A DNA stretch of 64,000 nt from Candidatus Magasanikbacteria bacterium UBA922. Lineage in GTDB: Bacteria > Patescibacteriota > Patescibacteriia > Magasanikbacterales > UBA922. Positions 25,349-36,154 of the stretch are shown here, piece by piece (positions within the stretch are counted from its first letter, which is position 1; each line of letters starts with the position of its first letter). The translations under genes and the position numbers were made by a program. The DNA lies in the NCBI GenBank assembly GCA_002293825.1, contig DBDW01000008.1:9430-73429 (forward strand), in the 5' to 3' direction. Under the pieces are notes generated by a model. It ran no database searches. It worked only from the letters and a program-made list of their open reading frames with translations, and was not told the DNA's origin.

Positions 25349-26554
25349 TTATTGTCCAATTTCCTGTGCCAAAAGTTTTTTACCACGCTCTACCCATTCG
25401 GTAAACCCGCCATGTTCCATTTCGAGTATGTAATCACTAATCAGTGTCTTTCGCTGAGAAAAATCGATTTCTGGACGAGTCGCAAGATATCTCTCAATAC
25501 ACTCGTACTGAAATGAGAGTCGCTCAGTCTCATTCTCGATCTGCAACCACAAATTATTCTCGAATGCCCATGCAATAAATGCGGGATCATCCTTTTTTTC
25601 TATAATCATTGTGCTGAGTTGTTCCTGAATTGCCTCAGTATCATTTCCACTATAATCATCACGAGAAAGCCTGTTCTTGATCGGATCCATTGTTTTTTCA
25701 AGATACTCGTTCAATTCACTTGGGATATATGGAATATCTGCGACGGTGTGCGCTGGACGCATGGTAAGGGAAATATTATCTGGATGGTGCGCGAGTTGTA
25801 TACGAGATAATTCCCGAACAATGGTTTCAGCCTCATCAAACGTAAGATCAGTTTGTACAATTTTATAAATAATATAATGAAGTACGGTATCTATTTTTGA
25901 TGGCTCATCTGGAATATAATCAATAAGCATTTTTTTAATAAATGTCGAATGATTGTGTGCACGCTGCGGTTCTCCAATCTGATATACATGTCGCTGTCTC
26001 AACCATTGCAATGTTTCAGTTGTAGGTAATCTGAGACTTCGAAGAATACCCAATGTTTCTGAAAAACCAACAATCACCACATAATCTGCAGTGTATCCTA
26101 CAATTTTTTCAATCTGAGTAATTCCATACTCAATTCCACCAAACGCACAGGCATTTGATACATAGTAATCACTCGAAGTCGTCCCTGCCCCGGGAGGAAG
26201 CGGAGAATACGTACCCCGCGGTACTGCCGTAATGGTGACATGTTCTTTAACCTTATCAATAGATACCATCTGAATCACATCACAATGACCATTGGTCTGC
26301 CCGACACGCTTATCCAATCCGAGAAGTAATATACGGACAGTCCCATCTTCTCCAAACGGATCACTTGTCGTATTCACATCTTTTTCCATTTTTGCACGAC
26401 GAGCCGAGAGTACCCGCTCGATCGCTTCTTCCTGTGCACGCACCACCGCTCGACCATCATCACCCGCCTTAAACCACAACAAAGCCGTATACCCATACCA
26501 GGCAAGGGCTCCTGCAACCATCACACCAAGAATAATTAGAATAGTCTTTTTCAT
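25349..26554 (-). CDS. LCP (LytR-CpsA-Psr)-like membrane-anchored protein, divergent
   Basis: N-terminal TM; ILLLGLDKR..HCDVIQMVSID..ITAVPRGTY, where canonical RSD/PRD appear as HCD/PRG. Confidence 0.65.
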   Translation of the reverse strand: MKKTILIILGVMVAGALAWYGYTALLWFKAGDDGRAVVRAQEEAIERVLSARRAKMEKDVNTTSDPFGEDGTVRILLLGLDKRVGQTNGHCDVIQMVSIDKVKEHVTITAVPRGTYSPLPPGAGTTSSDYYVSNACAFGGIEYGITQIEKIVGYTADYVVIVGFSETLGILRSLRLPTTETLQWLRQRHVYQIGEPQRAHNHSTFIKKMLIDYIPDEPSKIDTVLHYIIYKIVQTDLTFDEAETIVRELSRIQLAHHPDNISLTMRPAHTVADIPYIPSELNEYLEKTMDPIKNRLSRDDYSGNDTEAIQEQLSTMIIEKKDDPAFIAWAFENNLWLQIENETERLSFQYECIERYLATRPEIDFSQRKTLISDYILEMEHGGFTEWVERGKKLLAQEIGQ

Positions 26555-26617
26555 GAACATTATCCTACTATTTTTGATACAAAAACACAACCATAGTACT
26601 GTGCATGCGTTGTGTAT

Positions 26618-26698
26618 CAAAAAAACCACCCATCGTATGTAGTAAGTATCTTCGATATAATCGACTACTTACCACAATCGAAGTGTGGGTGGTTTTTC
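26618..26698. terminator. Long bulged hairpin/terminator
   Basis: AAAAACCACCCA...GTAAGTA..TCGAT-ATA-ATCGA..TACTTAC...TGGGTGGTTTTT. Confidence 0.65.
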
Positions 26699-26730
26699 TG
26701 CACACACACCTCGATAGGCATGTGCCACAC

Positions 26731-27432
26731 TCACTCGATCGGAAAACGGTGACGAACTTCGAAGTGCACTCCACGCTTATCCAGCATGAACTGCACCACA
26801 TCGACCGACACGTAGAGATTCTCCCGCCCACTCGCAGGAAAATCTTCCATCACCTTCGGAAGTCCGCTCTTTTCGATCGCTTCTGCGGACATCGCTCCGG
26901 TAAACCGAGCGATCGTCATGTGCGTACCCCAGGGAAGTGGAAGCTCGGCCCCTTTCCGATGACAGGATCCGAGCATCTCGGACATGGAGTGTACCAGCTC
27001 TGCAGTGGGATACGTCTTCAGGATTGCCGACACCTGATTGAATGTCGGGCGATCGATTCTTGCCGCAAGACGAGACCGATCCCGATTGCCCCACGTGCGA
27101 ATTGTTTCCTCGACAGCATCGTAGCAGGCGTCCAAGATCTGGACCACCTTTTCTTCGGACTCCTGCACGCAGTCCACGAGACCGATCACCGTATGTAGAT
27201 CACGAGTCTCATACACCAGTGCCGACGGAACTGCTTTTTTGAGCTTTTTGAGCCACGGTGCGAACGCCTCCCTGATGTTCTGGTGTGGTCTCATGACGAT
27301 TCCAACACCACGCGAAGGTCGTGTGAACACCGGATCTTCCAGAACTCCTTCTTTCCGTGCTTTCCAGTGCCCCGCCCGAATCTCGTCGTAGATTTTATCC
27401 TGCCGATGAATAAACGCAGGAAAATTGAGCAT
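26731..27432 (-). CDS. Putative 2H-phosphoesterase superfamily protein
   Basis: Two spaced His motifs, DLHTVI and THMTIARF; SD GGGAGGGG; GC 36/60 at 26881-26940. Confidence 0.55.
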   Translation of the reverse strand: MLNFPAFIHRQDKIYDEIRAGHWKARKEGVLEDPVFTRPSRGVGIVMRPHQNIREAFAPWLKKLKKAVPSALVYETRDLHTVIGLVDCVQESEEKVVQILDACYDAVEETIRTWGNRDRSRLAARIDRPTFNQVSAILKTYPTAELVHSMSEMLGSCHRKGAELPLPWGTHMTIARFTGAMSAEAIEKSGLPKVMEDFPASGRENLYVSVDVVQFMLDKRGVHFEVRHRFPIE

Positions 27433-27597
27433 GATTCCCCCCTCCCATATCGAATGTTGTCTGTACCACTTCATCGACCCTATGTCGAAAAAGTACTACG
27501 ATTATCTATCATATCACACTCCTTTTGTCAACCGATATTCATACAAAAAAATCTCTATTATAGAGATTTTTTAGGCATCATTCATTTTATACAGCTA

Positions 27598-28233
27598 TTA
27601 CGTTTTTCTTTTTTTACCCTCACTTACCATCATATAAATCATCACACTCACAATTGCTGCAAAAAAGCACCATACCGACGTAAAATTTTCATAATAAAGC
27701 CATGACGCGATAAACGCTGAAATGGCCATAATAAAAAATAACACTTTTACCATATATCTACTCGACAACACTCCCGCACCTACTGTAACAAACATATACA
27801 TCACTGCAGCTACCATGCTATATGGTGCCTGATATTCATAGTAAATACACTGATTCACGACCGACGCACTCACCGGATTCATGAGAAAATGTACATATAA
27901 ATACATACCGAGTGCTGTACCAATCAGACACGCAATCGTGAGCACTGTTCTCCTCCATCCAAAAGGTTCGATACTTCGAACAGCAAAAGGTACAAATGTA
28001 GGCCACCAAAATAATGCAAAGAATAAAAACAATGCACTCAACAATACTGCATCACTTCCACCATCAGCAATCGTAAGCCACAACCCACCTTCGATTGCCT
28101 GCTGAATCGCAAATACAAGTGGAATCGTTGCAAGTGGCAACATTTTTCTATCTTTTGTTTTTGCGAGTGTTGCAATACCCGTAGCTCCTAGCACCGCACT
28201 TGCCGCAAAGCTTGCGGTAGCTGAAAAACACAT
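27598..28233 (-). CDS. DUF6629-type membrane protein
   Basis: MCFSATASF, P..FAIQQ..EG..W, SVWCFFAA. Confidence 0.75.
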   Translation of the reverse strand: MCFSATASFAASAVLGATGIATLAKTKDRKMLPLATIPLVFAIQQAIEGGLWLTIADGGSDAVLLSALFLFFALFWWPTFVPFAVRSIEPFGWRRTVLTIACLIGTALGMYLYVHFLMNPVSASVVNQCIYYEYQAPYSMVAAVMYMFVTVGAGVLSSRYMVKVLFFIMAISAFIASWLYYENFTSVWCFFAAIVSVMIYMMVSEGKKRKT

Positions 28234-28252
28234 ACGAAATCTGGGTATTGAA

Positions 28253-31081
28253 TTAATTACACACCGCAGTATTGAGTGCTTCTCGTGTTTTCGGACCGAT
28301 ATGACCCACCTGCTCTATTCCTGCATTTTTTTGAAAACGAAGTACTGCGTCTCTCGTAAGCGGACCGAAAAATCCAGTTGCTGGATGTGAAAGATATGAT
28401 GCTTTTCCGAGCATTGTCTGAGCAGTTTTTACCACATCGCCACTCATACCATAGGACAATGTTTGTTCAGTCTTGAGACATGTCCCTGTGTGCGTCTGTT
28501 CAGAAGATACATGAGATTCAGATTGCTCTTTGCTATGTGCACACGCAGATTCGTGTATGTTTTTAATCTTTGCGAGACTCGTAGTATAGACATATCCGGT
28601 GCCACTGGTAATTCCCCACGGAGTCAATATTTCTGAAGCGTGTTTTTCTTGCCAACGAATTACCGCTTGTACATCACGCTCTTCGTAAACGCCATTGATC
28701 GGTAGATTTGCATTTTCATATGTGTTCAAAAATTTTTCAAGTAATTTCACATCATCCGCATTATTAGATGCACCAAATTTCACCGGTCGATTCAAATATA
28801 CCACAGCTTCACATGCTAATGCTGGTGGTGGAGTAGCCACAGATCCCTCTACGAGCATGATCGTGTCAGAGCTGACACTGGTACCACCTTCTGCAGATCT
28901 GAGCTTGATATACACGGTCTTTGTACCCGTGCCCATACTCAGCGTGTACGGATACGTCGGTGCAAATGACACAAAGGTAGCGTTCTCAAATTCAGGATTG
29001 TCACTCACTGCCATCTGGGTGGCATTAGTTGCAGAAATATATAACGTAACATTTCTTTCGATAGTTTCAGACGCACCATTATTGATCACAAACTCACTTA
29101 CCCGAGGAGCACGTGGTGCAGTAAACCCTCCTCCACTTTTCTCATTACCAAACAGTGCAAAAATCGAAAACCCGTTCGTGGTACATGTAATCGTATTGAT
29201 ATTCTGAGCAACTACACAATTATCGAGTTTTCGCCACCCACTATGATGATAGTTATAGAGCACGAGTGAATTTTCATTCAAATTTGCGATATCTTCATCA
29301 GAATATGTATATACAATCGTTACCGGCACATCAAACGAATCCAAAATAATTGAATCATTGATAATCGCCTTTACATCAAATACTTTTACCCCTACCGATG
29401 TTTTGGTTCTATCTGGCATCCCAATACTGGGCAACACCGTGTCACTCTGTATCGTATTAATCTGCACCACAAGACTATCGGCGCTCGATGTCACATTGCT
29501 CGGAACTTGTACCTCGATAACTGTCTGATCTACCACCAAGCTTGACGTACCACCAGAAGCCACTGTTACGACCGTAGACGTGGTATTCGCCTCAGACGGC
29601 GTTCCTTCACATCCACTGGTCATAAAACTTCTCAGTGAGGAAGTAGACATATTACTCGACGCATCGCTCGATTCTACTCTATACGAATAGACCGTACATG
29701 GTAGTAGTGATGATACCTGCACTTCGTGAGACAAGACACGTGGAGCAATATCAAATTCGGTCGTACTTACCGAAGCACTCTGAGAAACTCCGTACCACAC
29801 TCTACTTGACGCTAATTCATTGGTAGCCCAAGAAATCGTACTCGTAGTTCGTCCTGGAGTCGATGTGACTGAGGTAATCACCGGAGCAGTAAAATCTCCT
29901 GTGGTAAAATTCCATGCTGTAGGACTCGAAATACCTGCATATGCCACTGCCGAAAGATTTTGAAATGCTGTTGAGGAAACCAATACATAGTACCCTGTCT
30001 GTTCTTCAAATATAACAGATGGATTGATCGTAATGGTGTTAGATCCACTGCCAGACACTTGTGTACTTGTTACTGAAATTTGCTCCACGAGACTATTATC
30101 TGATGTTTTTCGAATTTCGATATATCCGGTGCTCGTAACTACGGTACTACTAAAGGTCATTACCAAATTTGGCTCGAGAGTAATACCTGTCGCATTATCT
30201 GCAGGTGTACGCGTGTTCAATACAGGTGCCTGTATCGTAGTAATTGAAACATTTGCCGCAGAAATACTTGGAAGATTTCCCGATGTACCAAATTCAACTA
30301 CATATCCAGAAAGCACAAAATCACACGGCAGATCATTCCACGTCCCATTGGTCACATAGAACTGCCCACAATCTTCTCCGGTTCCAAAATCATTAGGTTC
30401 TGAATCTGCCCAATTATCATAATTTCCTCCTATTAGAGTTCCATTTTCAGGACCACTCACCCATCGCCACACTCCTTCCTGCGCTGCATCACTCGCACCC
30501 ATCCACCCATCACCCTGCAATCGATCTGCCACAAATTCATTTTCTGCTTGAGACATAATCGTAGCCAAATATCCAGGCACTCCATATGCGGTCTGATTCT
30601 GAGCTGCTGTCACTGCACTATTCCACGAAATTGCTCCTGAAATAAATTTATACAAATGGCCATTGTCTGCAAAAAATACTTCTCCTTGTTGTACTAGTGA
30701 AATTTCAAGTGTATCAGTACCTACATTATTGCGTGTATACATGAGCGTCTGCAATGCAGCATTGATATCTGCCACCGTACCACTAAAATTGAGTGTGGAA
30801 CCAGACTGCCCACCAGTAAAGGTAAGTCCTGTGGTCGAACCAAACGAGAGCGTACCATTACTTACCAATAATTTCACCGGTGTAGTTGATGCACTATTGC
30901 CCACCAATTGTATATCACTAATCAAAGTTGCAGTGCTCATCGTCGTCGTCACGCCGACCGGATTATTTATGGTAATAGTCCCATTGGCGTCCACAGGTGC
31001 AGCTTGACTAAACAGTGTTGCAAAAAACGCAATCCCGATTATGAGACTGAATAGATAATACGGATTTCTGAAAGATTTCAT
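28253..31081 (-). CDS. Large secreted adhesin-like protein: C-type lectin, Ig/FN3-like domains, two peptidoglycan-binding domains
   Basis: NGHLYKFI..SW..A..AA, YLATI.S..EN, W.GASD...EG.WRW, EPND..EDC..WND.PC; P.DNAT Ig-like; TGFFGPLTRDAV.RFQ...G.IGPKTR. Confidence 0.8.
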   Translation of the reverse strand: MKSFRNPYYLFSLIIGIAFFATLFSQAAPVDANGTITINNPVGVTTTMSTATLISDIQLVGNSASTTPVKLLVSNGTLSFGSTTGLTFTGGQSGSTLNFSGTVADINAALQTLMYTRNNVGTDTLEISLVQQGEVFFADNGHLYKFISGAISWNSAVTAAQNQTAYGVPGYLATIMSQAENEFVADRLQGDGWMGASDAAQEGVWRWVSGPENGTLIGGNYDNWADSEPNDFGTGEDCGQFYVTNGTWNDLPCDFVLSGYVVEFGTSGNLPSISAANVSITTIQAPVLNTRTPADNATGITLEPNLVMTFSSTVVTSTGYIEIRKTSDNSLVEQISVTSTQVSGSGSNTITINPSVIFEEQTGYYVLVSSTAFQNLSAVAYAGISSPTAWNFTTGDFTAPVITSVTSTPGRTTSTISWATNELASSRVWYGVSQSASVSTTEFDIAPRVLSHEVQVSSLLPCTVYSYRVESSDASSNMSTSSLRSFMTSGCEGTPSEANTTSTVVTVASGGTSSLVVDQTVIEVQVPSNVTSSADSLVVQINTIQSDTVLPSIGMPDRTKTSVGVKVFDVKAIINDSIILDSFDVPVTIVYTYSDEDIANLNENSLVLYNYHHSGWRKLDNCVVAQNINTITCTTNGFSIFALFGNEKSGGGFTAPRAPRVSEFVINNGASETIERNVTLYISATNATQMAVSDNPEFENATFVSFAPTYPYTLSMGTGTKTVYIKLRSAEGGTSVSSDTIMLVEGSVATPPPALACEAVVYLNRPVKFGASNNADDVKLLEKFLNTYENANLPINGVYEERDVQAVIRWQEKHASEILTPWGITSGTGYVYTTSLAKIKNIHESACAHSKEQSESHVSSEQTHTGTCLKTEQTLSYGMSGDVVKTAQTMLGKASYLSHPATGFFGPLTRDAVLRFQKNAGIEQVGHIGPKTREALNTAVCN

Positions 31082-31134
31082 AAGTAAAAAAAATTTTTTA
31101 TAGTATATCATTCATTACTCAAAATTCAAAAGAC

Positions 31135-32814
31135 TCATGCGTTTCCAGCTAATTCCTGCTCTGCTCGCAATGAAGCAAGTGTGCGCTTATTCCACGCACG
31201 ATCTCGTAATATAGCTGCCATCCAATGTCCACCAAGTGCATGTGGCATCATCACAAAATCAGCACCATATTCATACAATAATCGTGTATCAGGAGCTTGG
31301 TAGCTATTCGCAATAATCAATACCTTGGCGTTTATTTTTTTCACATGCTTGATGAGATTGATCTGATCATCGATTGACGGAATCGTCATGACGATCATAG
31401 TACTCGATCCCAATGGTAATCCTTCCAAAAATTCAATATCAGCAATATCTCCGAAATAAAATGGCGTATTGTCAGCTCGAAGTTTTTTCACGACATGGGG
31501 ATCAAAATCTATCACCGCATGTCTCGTTTTCATCGCTCGCAATGTCTCTACTATTTTTCTACCAATTCGGTGATACCCTACCACCCAGACATCGTATTTT
31601 TTTACTGGCTTGGTGCTTTGTCTATATTTATCAGGACCAAACCATCGAAATACAGGAAGTAACCATTCATAGATTCTCTCACTATAGGTAATAAGATATG
31701 AAGACAAGAAAATTGTCGTAATCGCCACGACCGTAAAAATCGGAATCTCAGTACCCTGTATATGCCCAATTTGCCTCCCAGTAAATAATATAACAAAGCC
31801 AAATTCACTCACCTGTGCTGCAGTAAGCCCAGCCAGAAAACTGTTTCTCCGTGTAAATTTGCACCATCTAAACAAGATATATAAGACAATCGGATTACCA
31901 ATCAATATAAATAATGAAAGTATAATACCCGGCACGAACACCTCTGAAAAATTACTAAGCCCCATCTCGCTTCCCAATACAATAAAAAATAAGACCAAAA
32001 AGAAATCGCGAAGCGGCTTGATCCTACTCGCAATCTCGAGCTGATATGGAGACGAACTCAATGAAATACCTGCGATAATCGCTCCGATTTCCAATGAAAA
32101 TCCAGCCCAACGCAATAGACTGGCGGCACCAAAACACCATGCGAGTGTAAAAATAAATAACAATTCACTAGAATTCGATATTCTATCTAATACACGTGGA
32201 AGTACGTATTTGCTCAGACCCACAAACAAGACAATAATCGCACTGATTTTTGCTACCAACCACACAATCGTATTCGTAACACCGCCTCCCTCGGCATGCT
32301 GTATTGCAAACATCCCAAGCCCGATCATAATCAAGACTGCGATAATATCTTGCACGAGCATGAGCCCAATCGTATATCGTCCATAGGTAGTCTCAGTATC
32401 TTTCTTGTCACTCAACAATTTCATGATAATAATCGTACTCGAGAAGGTGATCGCTACTGCTACATACAGTGCTGAAAGCCAGCCAAATCCCAATATCCAT
32501 AAAATCAGGGTTCCAATACTTCCCGTAAATAAGACCTGTCCCACACCTGTAATCATTGACACTTTTCCAATAGATTTGAGATGTCTAAAATTCAAATTGA
32601 GTCCGATGATAAACAAGAGCAACACCACACCAAATTGTGCAAATGCCTGATACATGTGATGATCCCCTTCCAATAAATTCAATAACAATGGCCCACTTGC
32701 GATGCCTGCAAAAATATACGCGATAATCAATGGTTGTCGAAATAGCCTAACTACAAAAGCGATTACGGTCGTAATCGCCAAGAGCACACTGATTTGGATA
32801 AATACACTATCCAC
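31135..32814 (-). CDS. CPA2 cation:proton antiporter with TrkA-N domain (Kef-like)
   Basis: LLFIIGL, FSSTIII.K.L, QD, QVSEF, VVGYHRIG; GTG start. Confidence 0.88.
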   Translation of the reverse strand: MDSVFIQISVLLAITTVIAFVVRLFRQPLIIAYIFAGIASGPLLLNLLEGDHHMYQAFAQFGVVLLLFIIGLNLNFRHLKSIGKVSMITGVGQVLFTGSIGTLILWILGFGWLSALYVAVAITFSSTIIIMKLLSDKKDTETTYGRYTIGLMLVQDIIAVLIMIGLGMFAIQHAEGGGVTNTIVWLVAKISAIIVLFVGLSKYVLPRVLDRISNSSELLFIFTLAWCFGAASLLRWAGFSLEIGAIIAGISLSSSPYQLEIASRIKPLRDFFLVLFFIVLGSEMGLSNFSEVFVPGIILSLFILIGNPIVLYILFRWCKFTRRNSFLAGLTAAQVSEFGFVILFTGRQIGHIQGTEIPIFTVVAITTIFLSSYLITYSERIYEWLLPVFRWFGPDKYRQSTKPVKKYDVWVVGYHRIGRKIVETLRAMKTRHAVIDFDPHVVKKLRADNTPFYFGDIADIEFLEGLPLGSSTMIVMTIPSIDDQINLIKHVKKINAKVLIIANSYQAPDTRLLYEYGADFVMMPHALGGHWMAAILRDRAWNKRTLASLRAEQELAGNA

Positions 32815-32890
32815 ACGATTCTAAATTATATTGTGATAGATAGTATATAAAAAAATTACCGTTCATGCAAAAAAAATCACGTGTTCCGCA

Positions 32891-33925
32891 TTATTCATTC
32901 TTGAATTCTCCAACGATTGCTTCGAGTATGTCATGAAAACTGATAATACCGACAAAGGCATTTGATGTTTTTTCTGTAATCAACACAATACTTACTGACG
33001 AACGTTTCAATCGCTCAATTGCTACCAATGACGGAACGTCTGCGTGAATATGCATGACCGGCTGCAATAATGACCGTACATCGAATTCTCCTTCTCCTGT
33101 ATCAAAGATATGTCGTAATACATCTTTTACCTCAATTGCACCCAAATTTCTCTCAAACGTTCCTTCACACACTGGAAATACTGATCGATCGCTCTTCTTT
33201 ATCTTCTGTTTAATTACTTCTACGGTATCGTGCACATCGATCCATACCACCTCGGTACTTGGTGTCATAAAATCTTTGATTGGTCTATTGCCGAGATGAA
33301 AAATACTCTCAACCATGTTTTGCTCAGACCGCTCGAATACTCCTGTCTCTGCTCCCTCGGCAATCAACAACTTGATCTCTTCTTCACTTACCACCTGCTC
33401 GACCGAGGGTCGGATACGCAATATTCTCAATACACCTGCCGTAGACGCACTCAATACTGCCACCAATGGTGTCGCCAGCTTCATCACCATCTTGATCGGT
33501 CCTGCTACTTGTAGCGCAATTTTTTCTGGATTTGATAATGCGATTTGTTTTGGTACCAATTCACCCACCACGAGCGACAAAAAGGTAATCGCAATCACGA
33601 CCACGATCACACTCACTGGCTCACTATATGCAGCAAGTACCGGAATATTCATGAGCCATTCCTCCATATATTCTGCTACGGTAGCCCCACCATACGCTCC
33701 AGCAAAAATACCAATCATCGTAATTCCGATCTGTACCGTGGAAAGCATTTCTGAGGATTTTCTCGTAAGAAACAATGCGTTTTCAGCTTTCGAATTCCCC
33801 TCTTTCACGAGATGTTTCAATCTGCTTTTTTTCACACTCAATAGTGCTATTTCAGAAAGCGAAAAATAGCCATTGAGGATAATCAAGACCAGTATTAGAA
33901 TTATTTCAATTGAAATTGAAGGCAT
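32891..33925 (-). CDS. Hemolysin/CNNM (DUF21) plus CBS-pair protein
   Basis: NGYFSLSEIAL.S, LSTVQIGIT, GELVPKQIA, two CBS domains. Confidence 0.88.
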   Translation of the reverse strand: MPSISIEIILILVLIILNGYFSLSEIALLSVKKSRLKHLVKEGNSKAENALFLTRKSSEMLSTVQIGITMIGIFAGAYGGATVAEYMEEWLMNIPVLAAYSEPVSVIVVVIAITFLSLVVGELVPKQIALSNPEKIALQVAGPIKMVMKLATPLVAVLSASTAGVLRILRIRPSVEQVVSEEEIKLLIAEGAETGVFERSEQNMVESIFHLGNRPIKDFMTPSTEVVWIDVHDTVEVIKQKIKKSDRSVFPVCEGTFERNLGAIEVKDVLRHIFDTGEGEFDVRSLLQPVMHIHADVPSLVAIERLKRSSVSIVLITEKTSNAFVGIISFHDILEAIVGEFKNE

Positions 33926-34004
33926 AGTAGGATTACGCATTAAGGCTCTGCATTCTAGCACACCATCGCCTGCAGTATCAAACGTGAATATATTTCACAC
34001 ACTC

Positions 34005-34715
34005 TCAGCCTTCCGTGGGTTTACGCCTTTTTTTCTGAGCACGTCTGCTCTCGTCTCTGATTACCGCGCCATCACGCAATTCTACAATACGATCCGTGAG
34101 CTCGGCATATTCCAATTCATGCGTCACCATGATAATCGTCTGTCCTGCGTGATTGAGGCGAATAAAGATATCCATAATCTCACGAGAACGTGCCGTATCT
34201 AGATTTGCCGTAGGTTCATCTGCAAAAATTATCTTGGGATTATGTGCAATTGCTCGTGCAATACTTACTCTCTGCTGCTCACCACCCGAGAGCTGACTCG
34301 GTAGATTGTGCAATCTGTGACCGAGCCCCACCTCTTCGAGCGTTTTTGCAGAAATACGATACGCCATTTTTTCCTTCTCACCCCGCATCAAGAGTGGTAA
34401 GACCACATTTTCTACGGCAGTTAATTCGGGAAGTAGTGCGTACTCTTGAAATATAAAACCAAAATTATTGAGTCTAAAATCTACTGTTTTTTGTGCATTC
34501 AACGTGGTCGTCGCGGTACCATCAATTTCGATTGAGCCACTGCTCGGCTGATCAAGTAAACTCAAAATATACATCAACGTACTCTTTCCCGCACCTGATC
34601 TGCCAATGATCGACACAAACTCTCCGGTCTGAACAGAAAAATCAATACCCTTTAAAATTACCATCTCTGATTCACCGTTATTAAATTTTTTTACAATATG
34701 TTTGGCACTCAACAT
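34005..34715 (-). CDS. ABC transporter ATP-binding protein (LolD/MacB-like)
   Basis: [29 protein letters not shown]. Confidence 0.92.
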   Translation of the reverse strand: MLSAKHIVKKFNNGESEMVILKGIDFSVQTGEFVSIIGRSGAGKSTLMYILSLLDQPSSGSIEIDGTATTTLNAQKTVDFRLNNFGFIFQEYALLPELTAVENVVLPLLMRGEKEKMAYRISAKTLEEVGLGHRLHNLPSQLSGGEQQRVSIARAIAHNPKIIFADEPTANLDTARSREIMDIFIRLNHAGQTIIMVTHELEYAELTDRIVELRDGAVIRDESRRAQKKRRKPTEG

Positions 34716-34717
34716 AG

Positions 34718-35971
34718 TTATCTACCTAATATAGAATCGAGCGTATTTTTTCTAATAATCATTTGAGCAGGAACAAATCCTGCGATGAGTGTGGTCACAA
34801 ATAACATACCCACTCTCCAGAGTGTTCCCCCTGTTGAGACAAACAAGACTCCATCGCTAAAAGGAAAATCGATCGGGTGTAACTCAAAATACGGCACCAA
34901 GAGACCGTACAAAATCATCAATCCAAATGCCGTACCTAAACACGCATAAAACACTGACTGAAAAAGATATGAGAATCGTATTGCACTACCACTGATTCCG
35001 ATCCCTTTCATAATACCAATAAACTTTTTGCGACTGATGGCATTGATAAAAATTACGATAAACACCGTAATTGATGCCACTCCCAAGCCGGTAGCACCGA
35101 TAATGTTTCCCAGTATCGCAAAGGTAGACGAAAGATCTTTGAAAAAACTCCCCTGCGCTTCTTCCCAGTTCTGTACAAGTGCACTGCTACTAATATTGCT
35201 ATTGACGATGTCATTTTTGACACGATCAGCGTCGATCGGTGGCTCGAGGTCTTTGAGTGAAATCGCAATTTCATTCGACTGGTCTGAATTGCGACCGAGT
35301 ATATTCCTCATCTGTTTTTGCGTCATGTATACTCGCTGCGCAATTTCGCTTGTCTTGGTATCTACGATTCCCTTCACCACCACCTCCTGGCTTGTATCTC
35401 CGACACTCAATCGTATATTACTTCCCACCTGCACCCCCTCAAGCGTACTCTCTCCCAATCCGATAGAATATTGTTCCAATAATCCACTCCCAATCAATAC
35501 TTCATTCGTATCAGTGTCTTCGAGATACGTACCCTCGACTACCAATTCTGAAAGACTCGTAACCGCATTCTCTATCTCAGGGTCAATCCCGGTCAAGAGA
35601 GATGATGCAACATCTCTCACTTTGTTCCCCGTAATAAGTCTCTTGTAATTTGCCTCGAGCTGTACGGGCTCGAGGTAGCGTACACTCACTGCATCTACGT
35701 CGGGCAAATTCGAAGCTACCTGATAAATATATCTACTATTATCAATAAATTTATATTCTGTATTCGGCTTGATAAAGACATCGCCTGAATAGTGTGTCCT
35801 AAAATCATTGCTCGATCCAGAAATCAATCCGACCAAAATTCCGCTAATCACGACAAGGTTTAGAAACGTTACCATCATGATGAAAATAATCAAAGCCGTG
35901 ATCCAATAACTCGATCGCTTGATCTGCCGATAGGCTAGAAAATATCCTACTTTTACGTTTAGAAAGCTCAT
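34718..35971 (-). CDS. ABC transporter permease (FtsX/MacB/LolCE-like)
   Basis: TM1, large periplasmic domain, three C-terminal TMs; IGIMKGIG. Confidence 0.85.
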   Translation of the reverse strand: MSFLNVKVGYFLAYRQIKRSSYWITALIIFIMMVTFLNLVVISGILVGLISGSSNDFRTHYSGDVFIKPNTEYKFIDNSRYIYQVASNLPDVDAVSVRYLEPVQLEANYKRLITGNKVRDVASSLLTGIDPEIENAVTSLSELVVEGTYLEDTDTNEVLIGSGLLEQYSIGLGESTLEGVQVGSNIRLSVGDTSQEVVVKGIVDTKTSEIAQRVYMTQKQMRNILGRNSDQSNEIAISLKDLEPPIDADRVKNDIVNSNISSSALVQNWEEAQGSFFKDLSSTFAILGNIIGATGLGVASITVFIVIFINAISRKKFIGIMKGIGISGSAIRFSYLFQSVFYACLGTAFGLMILYGLLVPYFELHPIDFPFSDGVLFVSTGGTLWRVGMLFVTTLIAGFVPAQMIIRKNTLDSILGR

Positions 35972-36050
35972 GTATTTAATTCTTTTGATATAGCAAATAA
36001 ATATTTCCTACTGTAGTTATTGTACGTAACTAGAGAGATATGGTCAAACA

Positions 36051-36074
36051 AAAACCACCCGGAAGGGTGGTTTT
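36051..36074 (-). terminator. Terminator after tRNA-Gln(TTG)
   Basis: AAAACCACCC-TTCC-GGGTGGTTTT. Confidence 0.8.
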
Positions 36075-36083
36075 GCGATAGTG

Positions 36084-36154
36084 CTCGGGGACAGGGATTC
36101 GAACCCCGATAGCTGGGACCAAAACCCAGAGTCCTACCATTAGACGATCCCCGA
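36084..36154 (-). tRNA. tRNA-Gln(TTG)
   Basis: TCGGGGA/TCCCCGA acceptor; CTGGG-TTTTGGT-CCCAG anticodon arm; GTTCGAA; no encoded CCA. Confidence 0.95.

Noticed and set aside
26650-26670. Similarity CTTCGATAT..ATCGACTAC between the 26618 hairpin and the ncRNA terminator at 39271-39299
   Set aside because: Short and gapped; could easily be chance.
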